From NCBI GenBank assembly GCA_040954595.2, contig CM082591.2, forward strand, positions 9,227,612 to 9,291,611: a stretch of DNA of 64,000 nucleotides. Direction: 5' to 3'. Below are positions 37,393 through 50,717 of this stretch, in pieces (within the stretch, counting starts at the first letter, position 1; the number at the start of each line of letters is the position of its first letter). The position numbers and the translations under genes were made by a program. The notes below the pieces were generated by a model. That model saw nothing but the letters and a program-made list of their open reading frames with translations. It made no database searches and was not told the DNA's origin. This DNA is from Balanoglossus misakiensis. Taxonomy: Eukaryota; Animalia; Hemichordata.

Positions 37393-40300
37393 AATGTGCC
37401 TTGTAGTCTTTCTTAGGACATGATAGCGTGACGTCGCATTGTAATTAACGGACGATCTTGGAAATTCGGCTATTAATGGTGAATGGACTTTCGCCTCCTT
37501 CGAACAACAACCGAGACTGACGTCGCAACAATGACAGAAAAAGTGAAGCAAATGGCCGACAAAACGAAGAGAATCGGAAAACGGGCAGGATCCTCGGCAC
37601 AGACATCTGGGAATAATACCACCACATCAAATAGAACGACGAGTGGTGCAGGACAAACCGCCACCAGTGACTATGACAACAAGTCTGAAGGCGATGCTGG
37701 CGAACCCTTGCACAATACAACTACAGTCATACAGAGAAATGCAGCCCAGCGCCACTCAAGATTTTCCATTCCTGGTCTGGCAGCAGCCAAAATATGTCGT
37801 TGTTTTTTCTCTTAGAAGCGACCTCAGTCTGAGCTGCATGAGAATACACTGAAAATCATCGCACCTGCAACGACCCATCGACTGAGCCGTTGATTTTATT
37901 TATCGACGCACCTGATTGTTATCAGGCTGACTGAATGGGCATGTAACAGAATTTGCAACATTGTTGTGTTGAAGCAGACGCAGAGTCTCGGATTACATTA
38001 CAGAGTGAATATACGACGGAGACACTTGATGAAATCAAAAGTTCAAACTTTGTAATGAATAAAGAACACGGTAAAAGTTGTGCGTGTTTTTTCCATTATT
38101 TTAAATGAAAGACATACTAGTATATTCATCATGCATGATTCACTAAGAAACATTTATTCCACTGAAACACACCAAGCGATCGAAAGATAAAATACAAAGG
38201 ACATGAGTAGGTTGGGAATACTTGGAATTTAGCGAGCTCAACAAAAAAACACGCAGTCGCTGCGGTCAACAAGTAGCTATTAGTTTCGGTTTTATGTTCG
38301 CTACAGCTCGAAAACCCAAAATGTGGTACAACTTCAAGCTACATAAACTGGAAAGCATAGTACGTGCAGAGCAGACCATGGTGACGAAAGCAGGTATTCT
38401 AGGTCGTAAGATAAAAACACGGCGCTAGAAAAACAGTCATCAAAAGTTGCACGTGTTCCCCGGCCACAAATAATGTAATTGTTGGCGCACAGAAAGTCCA
38501 GTCGATAAACGTTTACGCTATAGAAACTCACTCTCTCAGCAAAAGTCTGACACCCTCGTCAATGACAAAACGCAAACCGAGCTGGGTATGATCAAGTCAA
38601 ACATAGGGCCAATCCCCACTCTGTGTTTTATTATTTTCCACATACGATGGTTCTAAATAAAAATGTACCTATTTGAAATGCTTACCGAGGTAAGATCATT
38701 GAAAGTTTTCAAACGTTGATGACAAATGTATAACTGATTTTTTACAAATGAATAATCGCGCACTTGCATGTTATTTTCTCTATACCAGACACCGCGCGCG
38801 CGCCGTTGGCAAAAAAAAAAAACGCGGAAAATTATTGAGCATGCGCAGTCGATACTTCACATTGTAAACAAGATGGCGTCGCTGCCTATGCTTCTGGACC
38901 GCTGTCGCCCGACTATGTCGGCAAAGAAGAGACGAATTTAACCATGCAACGCCATATCGGAAGATAGAATGATCGCGAGATGAAACCGGGCTATCCAACG
39001 ATTAGGCAGCCATGTTGACTGATTGGTATGTCGCCGAAGTAATTATTTGCCATTGATTTGTTTACCAGAAACGGTTTGCCTTTGGAACACATTTGGCCTC
39101 ATCGAAATTGATTTCAGAGGTTTTTTCCCAAAAACTAATGACGTTCGTTTTCACCTGAGTGCGAGGATGGATTGAAGGGACACAAGCTTTTGTAGCCACC
39201 AATATTTTGACACTCTTTATATCAATGTTGAGCTGGCATATTTGCTCCAATATGATGTAGTGTACCTGTTGCATTGAAATGAAGGTGTAATAATATTACA
39301 GTGCAATCTAGTCCTTTGGGTTAATAGGAAAACGAGGTCAATAAATGACAGGTTTATTTAAATACAGGATATATTTATCACAAGCACTTATGCATATGTA
39401 TGAGATACTTATTTATTTTTAATTTATTTTTTACATTTGTATTTTGAATTTATTTTGTACGTTCAGGTAATCATATGGATTTGTATGGAATCACATACAC
39501 ATTAATTGAAGACTATCATATCACAGAAGTCGAGCCGCCAGATGTGTAAGGTAACCATTTAGGTTTCATGACTAAGAATTCATAAAGCTACCCAATGAAT
39601 GAATTTCCTTAAAATTTCACAAATGTGACAGAGTTTGCAGTTGTGCAAGAAAGTGTGTATTATTCACATAAGAATTTTTTCGTATGCATTTTTCTGATGG
39701 CAATGCATTTGACTGTAAACAAATATGGATGTCAGTTAGAAGTGCTATTATGTCAGTGAAATGGCTTCATCATCATCCCTCCAACCAAAGTTGAAACAGA
39801 GTTGCAAATATTGCACAGCTTGAAATCATAAAATGTTGCAAAATTGAACCAACCGTTTGGTCAACGATTATGTTCTCACAGCTATTATTAGAACCAGACA
39901 ATCTCAGCGAACAAGAGACATGGGCCTTATTTGCAAGTCGAGTTAGAACTGCCTTTGCCTGCCCACGGACGCCCCAGTTTCAGCAAAAATTATTGCATTA
40001 AAATGTGAGTATGGAGAACTATGCTCTGTGTTTCTTTTGTTAGCTTACATAGCTGTTGTCATTCTAGTGTTTCCTCTGTCCTGTGAGCAGAGTTTCAGTT
40101 GCGAAAACCGACAGTTCTCAAAGTACAAAAGTACACCTAAATTGCCTCGGTGATGAGCATGCAGAATTTATCTGATTCTTCTTACTGGCAGAAGGACCCC
40201 ACCAGTTGCAGATTGTCAATTCCATGGCACAAGGGAATTTACGCTTTGCGTTCAAATATAAATAATTAAATCCTGTAAAATTATTCTATACGTTATTTAT

Positions 40301-40478
40301 TGATGATTCAAAAGTGTTATGACTGATTGTGTTAGAGTACCTGTATTCCATATAAGCATGCTGTCAGTGCACATCCGATTGATAACAATTTCACATTTTT
40401 AAAAATTTGCTTCTCTGAATAATTATGAATACATAAAACTTCATATGATATAAATTGTCCTGATATCGTAAACATTAA

Positions 40479-40913
40479 ACCCCGATGCGTGGTATAAAAG
40501 ACCCCCCAAATCAGTGGCGAATCTTAATGCCGTTTGACTGACAACAGACAACACCAACCATCTTGGCTCTATGAAAATCGGCCCAAACAGATCCAAGCAT
40601 AAAGAATTACACCACACAACGACAGTGGTTGGCTTTACAAACACACACAACATAAAGTTATCGATGAAAAAGTACACGAGCTTTTGAAACAACGATGATT
40701 TTGGGAGAAATCTGGTTTCAGTGCTTTTCAGAAGCATCCCTGGGAAACAATAACCACGCCATTCAAACAGCTGTCAATCGCATAGAGGTGTAAAGTGTTC
40801 AATTATTTTCTATGTAGATCAATTACACAGTTATTATGCACGACGACCACTCCCAAATAAACAACTGTACAAACACACGTTAATCCGAACCCCAGTACTT
40901 TCCGCACCGGGGT
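40479..40913. mobile_element. TTAA-TSD MITE (Kolobok- or piggyBac-like)
   Basis: TTAA|ACCCCGATGCG...CGCACCGGGGT|TTAA; a single TTAA at the mirror empty site (~30341). Confidence 0.75.
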
Positions 40914-41892
40914 TTAAGGCCTAATGCTAGTGTCACAACATTGATTACCAGACCGTTTCCCTCTGTATCATTATGTATGTATGTATGTATGTATGTATGC
41001 ATGTATGCATGTGTTTGTGTGTGTGTGTACATGTTTGTATGCATGTTACATGTATATACGGATGTATGTCTGCCCTGATCCAAAACATGAAACCACTTCG
41101 CGTATCACCTTGATATTTGGTGTGTAGATGGGATTTTGCTTAAATGAAGTTGTCATTGCAAAAATACGCAAATAACCTGTGAAATATGTGGAATTGATCA
41201 AAACTCAACAACTGGTTAGACTGCTTTGAACATTTGTATGCATGTAGGTAATGTCATCATACCTGATATACTTTGAGTTTATATCGTGAATTGTCTATTT
41301 TTTATGCAATTATTTTGTCTTGTTTTACCATTTGAAAAAAAAATCTTTTCCTCTTAAAGAGATTGGCTGATTTCTTTAGAATTTAGTATGACACTTCCGG
41401 TAGGTGATCTTAGTTGGTTTTGTTTAAATTGTCGCAGAATTTGTAATCTGTCATTTTTGGTCAAAATTCATTTTCTGAGAAACTCCTTAGATTGCTTTTA
41501 AATTTTGGTATGCTTGTTCCAAGAGGTAACCCAAGTAATGTTGTATATCATTTTGGTGAAATTTACATATTGTGGTCTTGGGGCAATTTTTGCAATTTGT
41601 ATTCTTTGAAACTACTAGTCAGATTGCTTTCAACTTTGGTAGGCGTGGTGATTGAAGTAGATATTATACAATTTGTTGATAGTTGGATAGATGTGGTTTG
41701 AGGCAGTTTTTGTCATTGTTGAATGTTGTTTTCCCTAAAATACTTGTCTGGTTCCTTTGAAATGTTCTTACAGTAGGTCATATCTGCTTGCCAATGTCAC
41801 ATGATTTTTCCCATGAACACAGACAAACCTAATTTTGTGTAATCCCCAGATGGGACCACAGTGTGTAATAACCTGACCAACAGTGACTAGTA

Positions 41893-42883
41893 CAGTCAGG
41901 ACGTAAGTGGGGTAATTAAACAGCAGGGGATCATGCAATGCAAACACTAGAACTGGCCAGTACCGTTTGAATTGCTCATTTGCATACAGTTTTTCAACTT
42001 TTTTCACAACGAAAGTTAAGCAACTTGCAACCCATTTCTGACAATTATTTCACCCCAGGCACATTACTGGTACTATGAGTGTACTACATGTGATTTTTCA
42101 TGAAGTTTTATCGAGAAGAATTTCTTTACTTCCACTGACAAAATTGTGATCACGAAATTCAAAGTGACCTTGAAGTTAAAAAATCAAAAATAAATATCAG
42201 CCATACCCACACAAAAATTAACCCCCTCAGGTTTTAGAAACATTATTAAACTCCTCTATTCATAATTTTGACATGAATATATCCATGCCGAGAGTCAAGG
42301 ACCACAATTTACAGTGCCATAGGTCAGTCCTGAGAAGTCAGTCAGCGTGAATAGTGTATAGACTCCGTATGTAATATGCTAATGAGAGATAACGACGCGT
42401 TGAAAAGGAAGCCATTACGTCATGGGTTAACATGCGTTGACCTACTTCAATGCATACACATATGGCAAACACGGCTGTACTCGTCGATGGCGAAGGCAAT
42501 TTTTACACCGTCATTACTCCACAACGGAGCGGCTCACAACATTATAATTTCACGGTAACTTAGTTCAATATCTTCCTAACCTACCCAATTTTTTTCAAGA
42601 CAAGAAATCTTTGCCGAGAGTCAAGGACCACAATTTAAACCAACATACCGAAACTGTCTATCTCGGGAACGCGTCGTTAAAACTTCACGAAAAATCATCC
42701 TATCATTGACTATGGTGTTTCATACACGTCTTAGAAAAATGGATGCACTACGATCACTTGTAGTACCGAAAATCTCCGTTTGAAAATTTTTCGAACTGGC
42801 CGTAACTGCCACTCAGTGACGTTCACATTCAAATAGATCTCTTTGATCTCACCGCCGTAATTACCCCACTTACGTCCTGACTG
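41893..42883. mobile_element. Non-autonomous DNA transposon, 26-bp perfect TIR, 4-bp TSD AGTA, superfamily unassigned
   Basis: CAGTCAGGACGTAAGTGGGGTAATTA at both ends, inverted; mirror empty site at ~29342 has one AGTA. Confidence 0.85.
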
Positions 42884-44009
42884 AGTATATCCTGTGTGTT
42901 ATACAGTACTTCTCACAAGGTTGAAGTACATGTAGACTGTTGATGATTTTTTGCGATTCTTCAGAAACTTACAATACAGAGTCTAATGTGGTAACGTCCA
43001 TGGTCACATTCAGAACTACCTAGTCTATGCCCGGCAGTGTTCTGTCCGCTTTGCTTCCAAAACTAATGTCTGGCCTCACTCATGCCACTTGCCCAATAAA
43101 CTAATACCCCTTGCTGGGAATTATGATGTAACTAGCGTTGCTTTGAAGCCTATCACATTACTGAACAGTGTTGATTTGGTGTAAGATTATAGTGAAGGCA
43201 GGGCTTATTACATTGAAAATGCTACCCAACCTTAATTTCACGTATGTATATCCTTTGTCTAATCATTGGAAAAACAATGTACATGTACCAAAGACTAAGT
43301 AGCTATTTGAAGGTGAATCGCAAGTGGGCACTTTCATTACTTAACCTCAAGCAGTCGGTTAGCTACCGTATACTAAGACAAACATTCCTGGTGTAATTAA
43401 CATCACTGTCATTAGTAATATCTATCTCCAATCAGTATCAGTTCTGCCTTTATGTTATTTTAAGTCAATTGTCAAGGTTCATGTACATATATTACAGCTT
43501 AACTGTCTTGTCAAAAACTTTCGCATGTACATGTACCTAATTCTAGGCTTACCTGTAGGGTTAGAGATACAGTGTTTTATATTAATATGCATTAATATGA
43601 AACTAAAATTTGATGGTTAATTTAAGACCCCCCTGAGCAATGTTAACCTCGTTAAATATGTGCATATCTAATTCTAGGCTATTCAGCTGAAGTAGAAACC
43701 TGGACATGGACAACTTCGGGGTCAAAATCTTTTGACAAACATTTGTGTGATCTTGGTTAACTTTGACCTACATTCCTATATTTTAGCATCTGGAGCAGAT
43801 ACAACCTTGACACTTGGAGTGATGGAACTATTTGATTGAGTATTATGTCTTGCCTCATTAATTATGTACTTACCTAATGCCAGCCTAACCAATAGGGCTG
43901 GAAGTCTGGCTTTTTGGACATGATAAATTTGAGATCAACATTTTTCTACAGCAGCCAGCCTTCTCTTAAAAAGAATGGACAATATAAAGGCTTTGATGGT
44001 ATACTGAAC

Positions 44010-44973
44010 CAGAGTTTCCGGTTACGCAAAAATGTGCGTAATACACGCAATGGAAAATTTCTATACGCATATTGAACCGACAAGTGCGTCTGGCGTACGC
44101 AATGAAATTGACTCTGTTTTCGCCATTGAAAGTTCGAGCTAACAAAAGACTCATCAAACGACCGACAAACTAGACAGCACCTTGTGCACGCTTACATGTT
44201 TTGAATAAAATTGCAACATTCCAAACCATTTGCGCAGACGCTTGACCATGATAAAATGTAACAATTTTCGTTTAGCGCGCGTTCTAATCATCATGCCATG
44301 CGTCACGTACGTGAGCCTGCGTACGTGTAATATCGATCAACATGGCGGTAAAACAGTCAACTTTATTTTCATTTAAATTTACGTGGCGGCAAAACAGTCA
44401 ACTTTATTTTCATTTAAATTTACGTCGAAATCCTATACTGATAATGGAAAGAAAGCCACTGAAATCGATGATTCGGAACACCAAGAGTCAGTGGGGGATG
44501 CCCTACCAGTGAAAAAAATGCGAGAGAATGCAAAGACTGGCCACACAGAATTCAAAGATCAGTGGCTCGCCGAGTATCCGTGGTTACGGCACGACGTCGA
44601 CGAAAGCGGCGGAAAAAAAGACACTCGTGCTTTTCTGTAAGGTTTGTGAAAAATATGGCAAAAAGAATGCTTTCACGCGTGGTTCTCGTGATCTTCAAAA
44701 ATCGGCCATCAAACGGCATATGCAAGGCACTGATCATAGAGAAGCGACGTCATTTGTCTGTAAACGTAAAATCACGTCAAAAGCTGTTTGGTCTGTTTAG
44801 AATACTTTTTGGTTACAATGTGTGCCATTTGAAGTGTTTTGCGTTGTTTTGCAACAGTCTGCTAATGGATGTGATATGAATACATTGTACGCATTTAAAT
44901 CACCTTCGTACGCATTTCTATTGACCTCTTGCGTATGGCATACGCTTGGGGAAAAAAACTACCGGAAACTCTG
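44010..44973 (+). mobile_element. hAT deletion derivative with a 5-bp TSD (hAT5-like) retaining the TTF-type zinc-finger 5' part of the transposase (44342-44760)
   Basis: TIR CAGAGTTTCCGGT; TSD TGAAC confirmed by the empty site at ~28247; F..QW...YPWL..FCKVC..NAF..G....AIKRH....H (frameshifted). Confidence 0.85.
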
Positions 44974-47900
44974 TGAACTTTTGACTCCCTCCCTGAGACT
45001 GTGTGCCAATGACGGGATAGCCTACTCAGCGTTGGGTAGATCCTAAGAAGGCCTCAGCCAGGCATCAAATACAAAAAGCGGAAATCCAAGCTTTAATGGT
45101 GGGTTACATCGTTAACTTCCCTGCAGAGCTGATTTCTCAGACTGTGAGCCAATGACGGGTAAAGCCCCTAGGTAGGGGCCACCTAAGACAGGCCGGTCAT
45201 GCTTTAATCACAAAGAAGGGCAAGTTCAGTCATACTACAACTTTGTCTGCTGTATATGCTTCATAAAGATTGCAGAGTATTTTGAGAATACATTGTGTTA
45301 AGGCAGTGTGACCAGCTAAAAAGTACTGGCAAACACAGCCAATGTGTAATGAAAAACATCTAATTTGGCTAAATAAAAGACATAAAACACAGCAAAAGCA
45401 CTGTGACTAGCTGAGACATAATACTCCATTATGCAGTTCCATCACTCCAAGTGTCAAGGATGTATCTGTGCCGGATGCCAAGATATAGGAATGTAGGTCA
45501 AAGTTTACCCAAGATCACCCAACATTTTGTCAAAAGATTTTGACCCCAAAGTTGTCCATGTCCAGGTTTCTACCGCAACTGGATAGCCTAGAATTAGATA
45601 TGTACATATTTAATGAGGTTACCATGGATCAAGGCAGTCCTAAGTAAACCATCAAATTTTTAGTTTCATGTTAATTCATGTTAATATAAAACGCTGTATC
45701 TCTAACCCACTGGTATGCCATTCTGTGTTTCATGCTACCCAATATGGGTAAGTAGGTAAAAAGTCACCCTAGGCCATTTGAAATTTTGCTGAAAAAATCT
45801 CGTCTCTTACATATGTACATTTGGTAAAAGGGAAATTTTAATCACGGAGTAGAACATATTCATAAAAAATATTTGACGGAAAGAAGGAAGTTTTTCATAG
45901 CTTTGGTGCTTCAAATAGTAGAGAGGTTCCCTTGTTATCCTTAGACTCAAACTCAGAGTTTCCAATCTTTCAGTATTTTCATGATATTACTTTCCATCTT
46001 AGATTTGTTCATCGAAACAAACTGACTGATAGGTATACATGAACATTTTATTGACTAATGAATGTGCATGTATGTTGCAATTTAAAGAAGTCAGATATTA
46101 AACGAGCGCCACACCTGTTTAAATCAGCCTCCATATGGAGGGTACACATCGCAGAGAGATGACAAACCCCATGCAAATTCAAGTAATATGGCTCAATGGT
46201 GCTGACTTTAAAGGATAGGTGGATGATTTGAAAAATGTTATTGTGGAAAAAGCTTGTGAGGCTTTAATTGTAAAATCTTTGAAATGTGTTTTACTCTTTA
46301 GGTCCAATTTTGTATATGTCAATATACCATTGGGACCAATGTGAAATTGTTCTAAACTCAGAAACTCAAGAAGGTACTGGTCAGATTGCTTTAGAAATTG
46401 GTGTGTATTTATGTTATTGAGACTTTATACAGATTTTGTTTTTCATTTTTGAAGTATATTTTTGGGGTGATTTTGGTCGTCATATACTCAGAAACCTCTA
46501 CCCACATTTTTTTTAAAATTTGGTTTGCATGTTCTTAGGTGTGATTTTATGACAATTTAACAAACCCAGTGATGGAAGTGACAATATTGTTTTTGTTTTT
46601 TTGTTGGCAATTTTTGCCATTTTTGTCTGATTGCTTTGCAATTTAGTTTGCAGTTTCTAGGGAATTCTTACTGTGGTGCACAAAATTCACAAAGGTGATT
46701 TACTATCCTCATGCGCTTTGTTGAACTGGCACCCTGTTGCAAAACAGACATTACAACACTCTTTGAATTGAATTCATAGCTACCAATTTTTCGGGGGTGT
46801 AGCACCTTTTTTATGCCTAAAACTTTGATCGAGAACTTCAAATTAAATGCAACCCTCCAAATATTTGCAATATTTCAGGTAAAATGATATAATTTTAAAG
46901 CATAAATTTTGATGTATTCATAATCATTAAGAGAAACACATTTTGAAAATAGAATATTAATCACACTATCAGTCATAATACTTTTGAATCATCACTAAAG
47001 AACATATAGAAAAATTAAACAGGATTTAATTATTTATATTTGAACGCAAAGTGTAAATTCCCTTGTGCCATGGAATTGACAATCTGCAACTGGTGGGGTC
47101 CTTCTGCCAGTAAAAAGCATCAGATCAATTCTGCATGCTCATCACCGAGGCAATTTAGGTGTACTTTTGTACTTGGAGAACTGTCGGTTTTCGCAACTGA
47201 AACTCTGTTCACAGGACAGAGGAAAAACTAGAATGACAACAGCTATGTAAGCTAACAAAAGAAACACAGAGCATAGTTCTCCATACTCACATTTTAATGC
47301 AATAATTTTTGCTGAAATTGGGGCGTCCGTGGGCAGGCAAAGGCAGTTCTAACTCGACTTGCAAATAAGGCCCATGTCTCTTGTTCGCTGAGATTGTCTG
47401 GTTCTAATAATAGCTGTAAGAAGATAATCGTTGACCAAACGGTTGGTTCAATTTTGCAACATTTTATGATTTCAAGCTGTGCAATATTTGCAACTCTGTT
47501 TCAACTTTGGTTGGAGGGATGATGATGAAGCCATTTCACTGACAAAATAGCGCTACTGACTGATGTCAATGTTTGTTTACAGTCAAATGCATTGCCATCA
47601 TAAAAATACATGTGAGAAATTTCTTATGTGTATGATACACACTTTTGTGCATGACTGCAAACTCTGTTACAGTTGTGAAATTCTAAGGGTTGAATTCATT
47701 GGGTAGAATTCATGTTTTTTTGGATTCTTAAACAACCAGTCACGAAAGCTAAGTGGTTACCTCAGAGAAACTGTGTTAAATTTGGTCATCAATTGCTTTA
47801 AATCACACAAGACATTCCCAGAGCTAAAGTTACTGCAGCAGTCAGTTTCAACTCAGCTTGCAAATTGGGATCATGTCTTGTGTTCATCGAGACTGTCTGT

Positions 47901-48171
47901 AGTCGAGTTGACAGTCCTATGGGGTCAATGATGAACCTACAAATGTTCTTTCCAATGAAATTGTTATAAATCTAATATTCAGGATTTGCATTCATACCTT
48001 AAACAATATAACTGTATTGCAAATATGGCAACTCTTCTAAGTTACATTGGAACACCTTCTCGCCACTGTTTGTGCCAAAATGGTGAATAAGCTTTCATTT
48101 TCAAGCCTTAACATAGGCACCCAAAACAAGACAACAGCATTGCAAATATGGCATTTTTTGTTCAACTCTTC

Positions 48172-48825
48172 TCATTTGCATAGTCCAAAATGGCCGCCAA
48201 ACTCCTCTAACATGTAAATTTCCTATGGTCGTCTTAAATAGCGTGTAGTATCACATTTGCAGGGTTTTCATCAATATGGGTACCTAAAACAATTTCAACG
48301 TGGTTGACATTGCAATGTTAGACAGCTGTTCTAATTTGCATAATCTAGAATGGCCGACAAACTTCTCTAACATGTAAATTTACTATGGTTGTCTTTAATA
48401 GTGTGTAATATCGCATTTGCAGGGTTTTCATCAATATGGGTACCTAAAGCAATTTCAACGTCGTTGACATGGCAATATTAGACAGCTGTTCTAATTTGCA
48501 TAATCCAAAATGGCCACCAAACTCTTCTTAAATGTAAATTTCCCTGTTTTGTCTTATATGGTGCCTAAAATCGCATTTGCAGGGTTTTCATCAATATGGG
48601 TAACTAAAACAATTTCAGCATGGTTGACATGGCAATATTAGACAACTGTTCTAATTTGCATAATCCAAAATGGCCGACAAACTTCTCTAACATGTAAATT
48701 TCCCTGGTTTGTCTTATATGGTGTGTAATATCGCATTTTCACGGTTTTAATTAATATGGGTACCTAAAACAATTTCAACGTGGTTGACATGGCAATATTA
48801 GACAACTGTTCTAATTTGCATAATT
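48172..48825. repeat. Tandem array, 160-bp unit, about 4 copies
   Basis: AATTTGCATAATCCAAAATGGCCG..GGGTACCTAAAACAATTTCAAC recurs at 48174, 48334, 48494, 48654, 48814; only ~1.4 units at the mirror site 23565-23790. Confidence 0.9.
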
Positions 48826-48844
48826 CGAACACCTGCTGGATAAT

Positions 48845-49412
48845 TAAGCAATAACCCCCGCCGCAGGCGGGTATACACGAGATTTGGGTACAATTCGAGA
48901 CATATAGCACGAGCCGTCAGGCGAGTGCTATATGGAGCGAATTGTACCCAAATCGAGTGTATACCCGACTGAGGCGGGGGTTATTGCTATTATATTATAT
49001 CAACAACTGTTTTTGTGGCATATCAGTGTCATTTTCTTACCGAAACGGCGTCAGAAAGAGAAATTACGATCGTGAACCAAAATGGCGACGACGAATGTAA
49101 ACGCGAGCGTCCGGGATCGAGCATTAAACATGAAGCAGACGACAAAAAGTGACAAGACGGGCATCGCGCGTGGCAAAGCGACAAATATATCCACAGAGCA
49201 GTTCCAAAATAAAACGTCCGTTAATTCAACAGTATTTTTGTTTTATTTATTTGGTTTAAACACGCGCGACTGTGGTTTAACCGCACATTTTTGCTGCCGA
49301 ATGCTAGTTCAGGGGCCCGTTTTACCACTGCTAGCCATGGTAAAACAGTATTTTACCATCGCTGGATTCAGCTCTCGTCCAATCAGAATCGCGGACGGTA
49401 GCATGATATAAT
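48845..49412 (+). mobile_element. Crypton-like non-autonomous element (terminal hairpin type)
   Basis: Hairpin 48847-48988 with a CGAGCCGTCAGGCGAG loop; internal 14-bp IR to the distal end; ATAAT at both junctions; empty mirror site ~23545. Confidence 0.65.
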
Positions 49413-50717
49413 ATAATTTAATTTTTGCCCTTCTTGTCCCATGATTATATGTGTAATATCTCATTTTCAATGTGTTTACATGTATATATGCAGAATCCAT
49501 TTCAAACTAAGTGGGCATATTGTAGCGCCAATCTTATTTCTTAATCCGCACCACAGAACTGATGCAAGGTTTAGGACTGGAAATGTATGTGGCCACTGGC
49601 CGACACCCCGGGCGAGAGGACTCCAATTATTTTCAGCACGTAGTGTGCCTCCCGGTTGATAACATCAATATGTGTAAATGCCAAAAACCCGACCTATTGT
49701 AATACCAGTCAAATTTTCTTTGTCATTTACCATTTTTCTCTTGCATATGAAGGTTTTTCTTAAAGAGTACATACCCATATACATTTGTATGGGAGCACAC
49801 ATCCCCACCCCCTGCCAACAATAATTGGACAACTTTATTCTTCTTATACTTCTTTATAAGTCTAAACATTCATATAGAGAAGGCAACATGTTCTTGAAGC
49901 TGCTGACTATGGAAATATGATGAAGTACATTTTCCTAGTTGTACATGTACAGTATGATAGGCCCAATGTACCAATTGGAGATGTGTGCCTTACAGGCAAC
50001 ATAGGCTATACGCCAAGCCTCGTCTGTTGGCACTTTGAAGGGTATTGGAAGAGTGTCTCTGCTGGCCACTTTGGCCAGCAGACTATCATAAGGGTACAGA
50101 AAATAGCCGTAAAAGTGCATGAATGAATTGATACATTTCCCATCACTGTACAGGCATCAGCCTGTATGGATGATATGTACTCTAGCGCTTCATGATTAGT
50201 ACAATAAACTTGGGTTAACATTTGAGTAAATACTTCTGATATTCTGACTCAGTTAAAACTGAATATGTCTATCAGAAATTATTACTTAAATTTAATTACA
50301 AATACAATTCCATTCATGCTATGAACAGTTATCATGCATAAAATGTTGAAAATTTGTTCCAGTTATATTCACACGACCTGATATTTGGTGCATTTCTTTA
50401 CCTGTTGTTTAAATAGCATTAGAAATGAATTTTATACATGAAAAACCTGGAAAATTATGCAAATTAGGAGAGTGGGAAAATATGCCCTATTTGCAATGCA
50501 GTACTGGGTGTCCATATGAATGTAATCTTGAAAACAAAAGATTATTCACTATTTTGACACAAACAGTGCAAAATTTGATTTTGGAGGTGTTCCACGGCCT
50601 TTTTCGATTATGCAAATTAGAAGAGTTGCCTAACACAGCCATATATGCAATACAGTTGTATATTGTTTACGGTACCCATATGAATACAAATCCTGAAAAT
50701 GCGATATTACACATTAT

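Noticed and set aside
37483-37815. 110-aa T/S-rich ORF in the spacer
   Set aside because: Low complexity, no splice or domain support.
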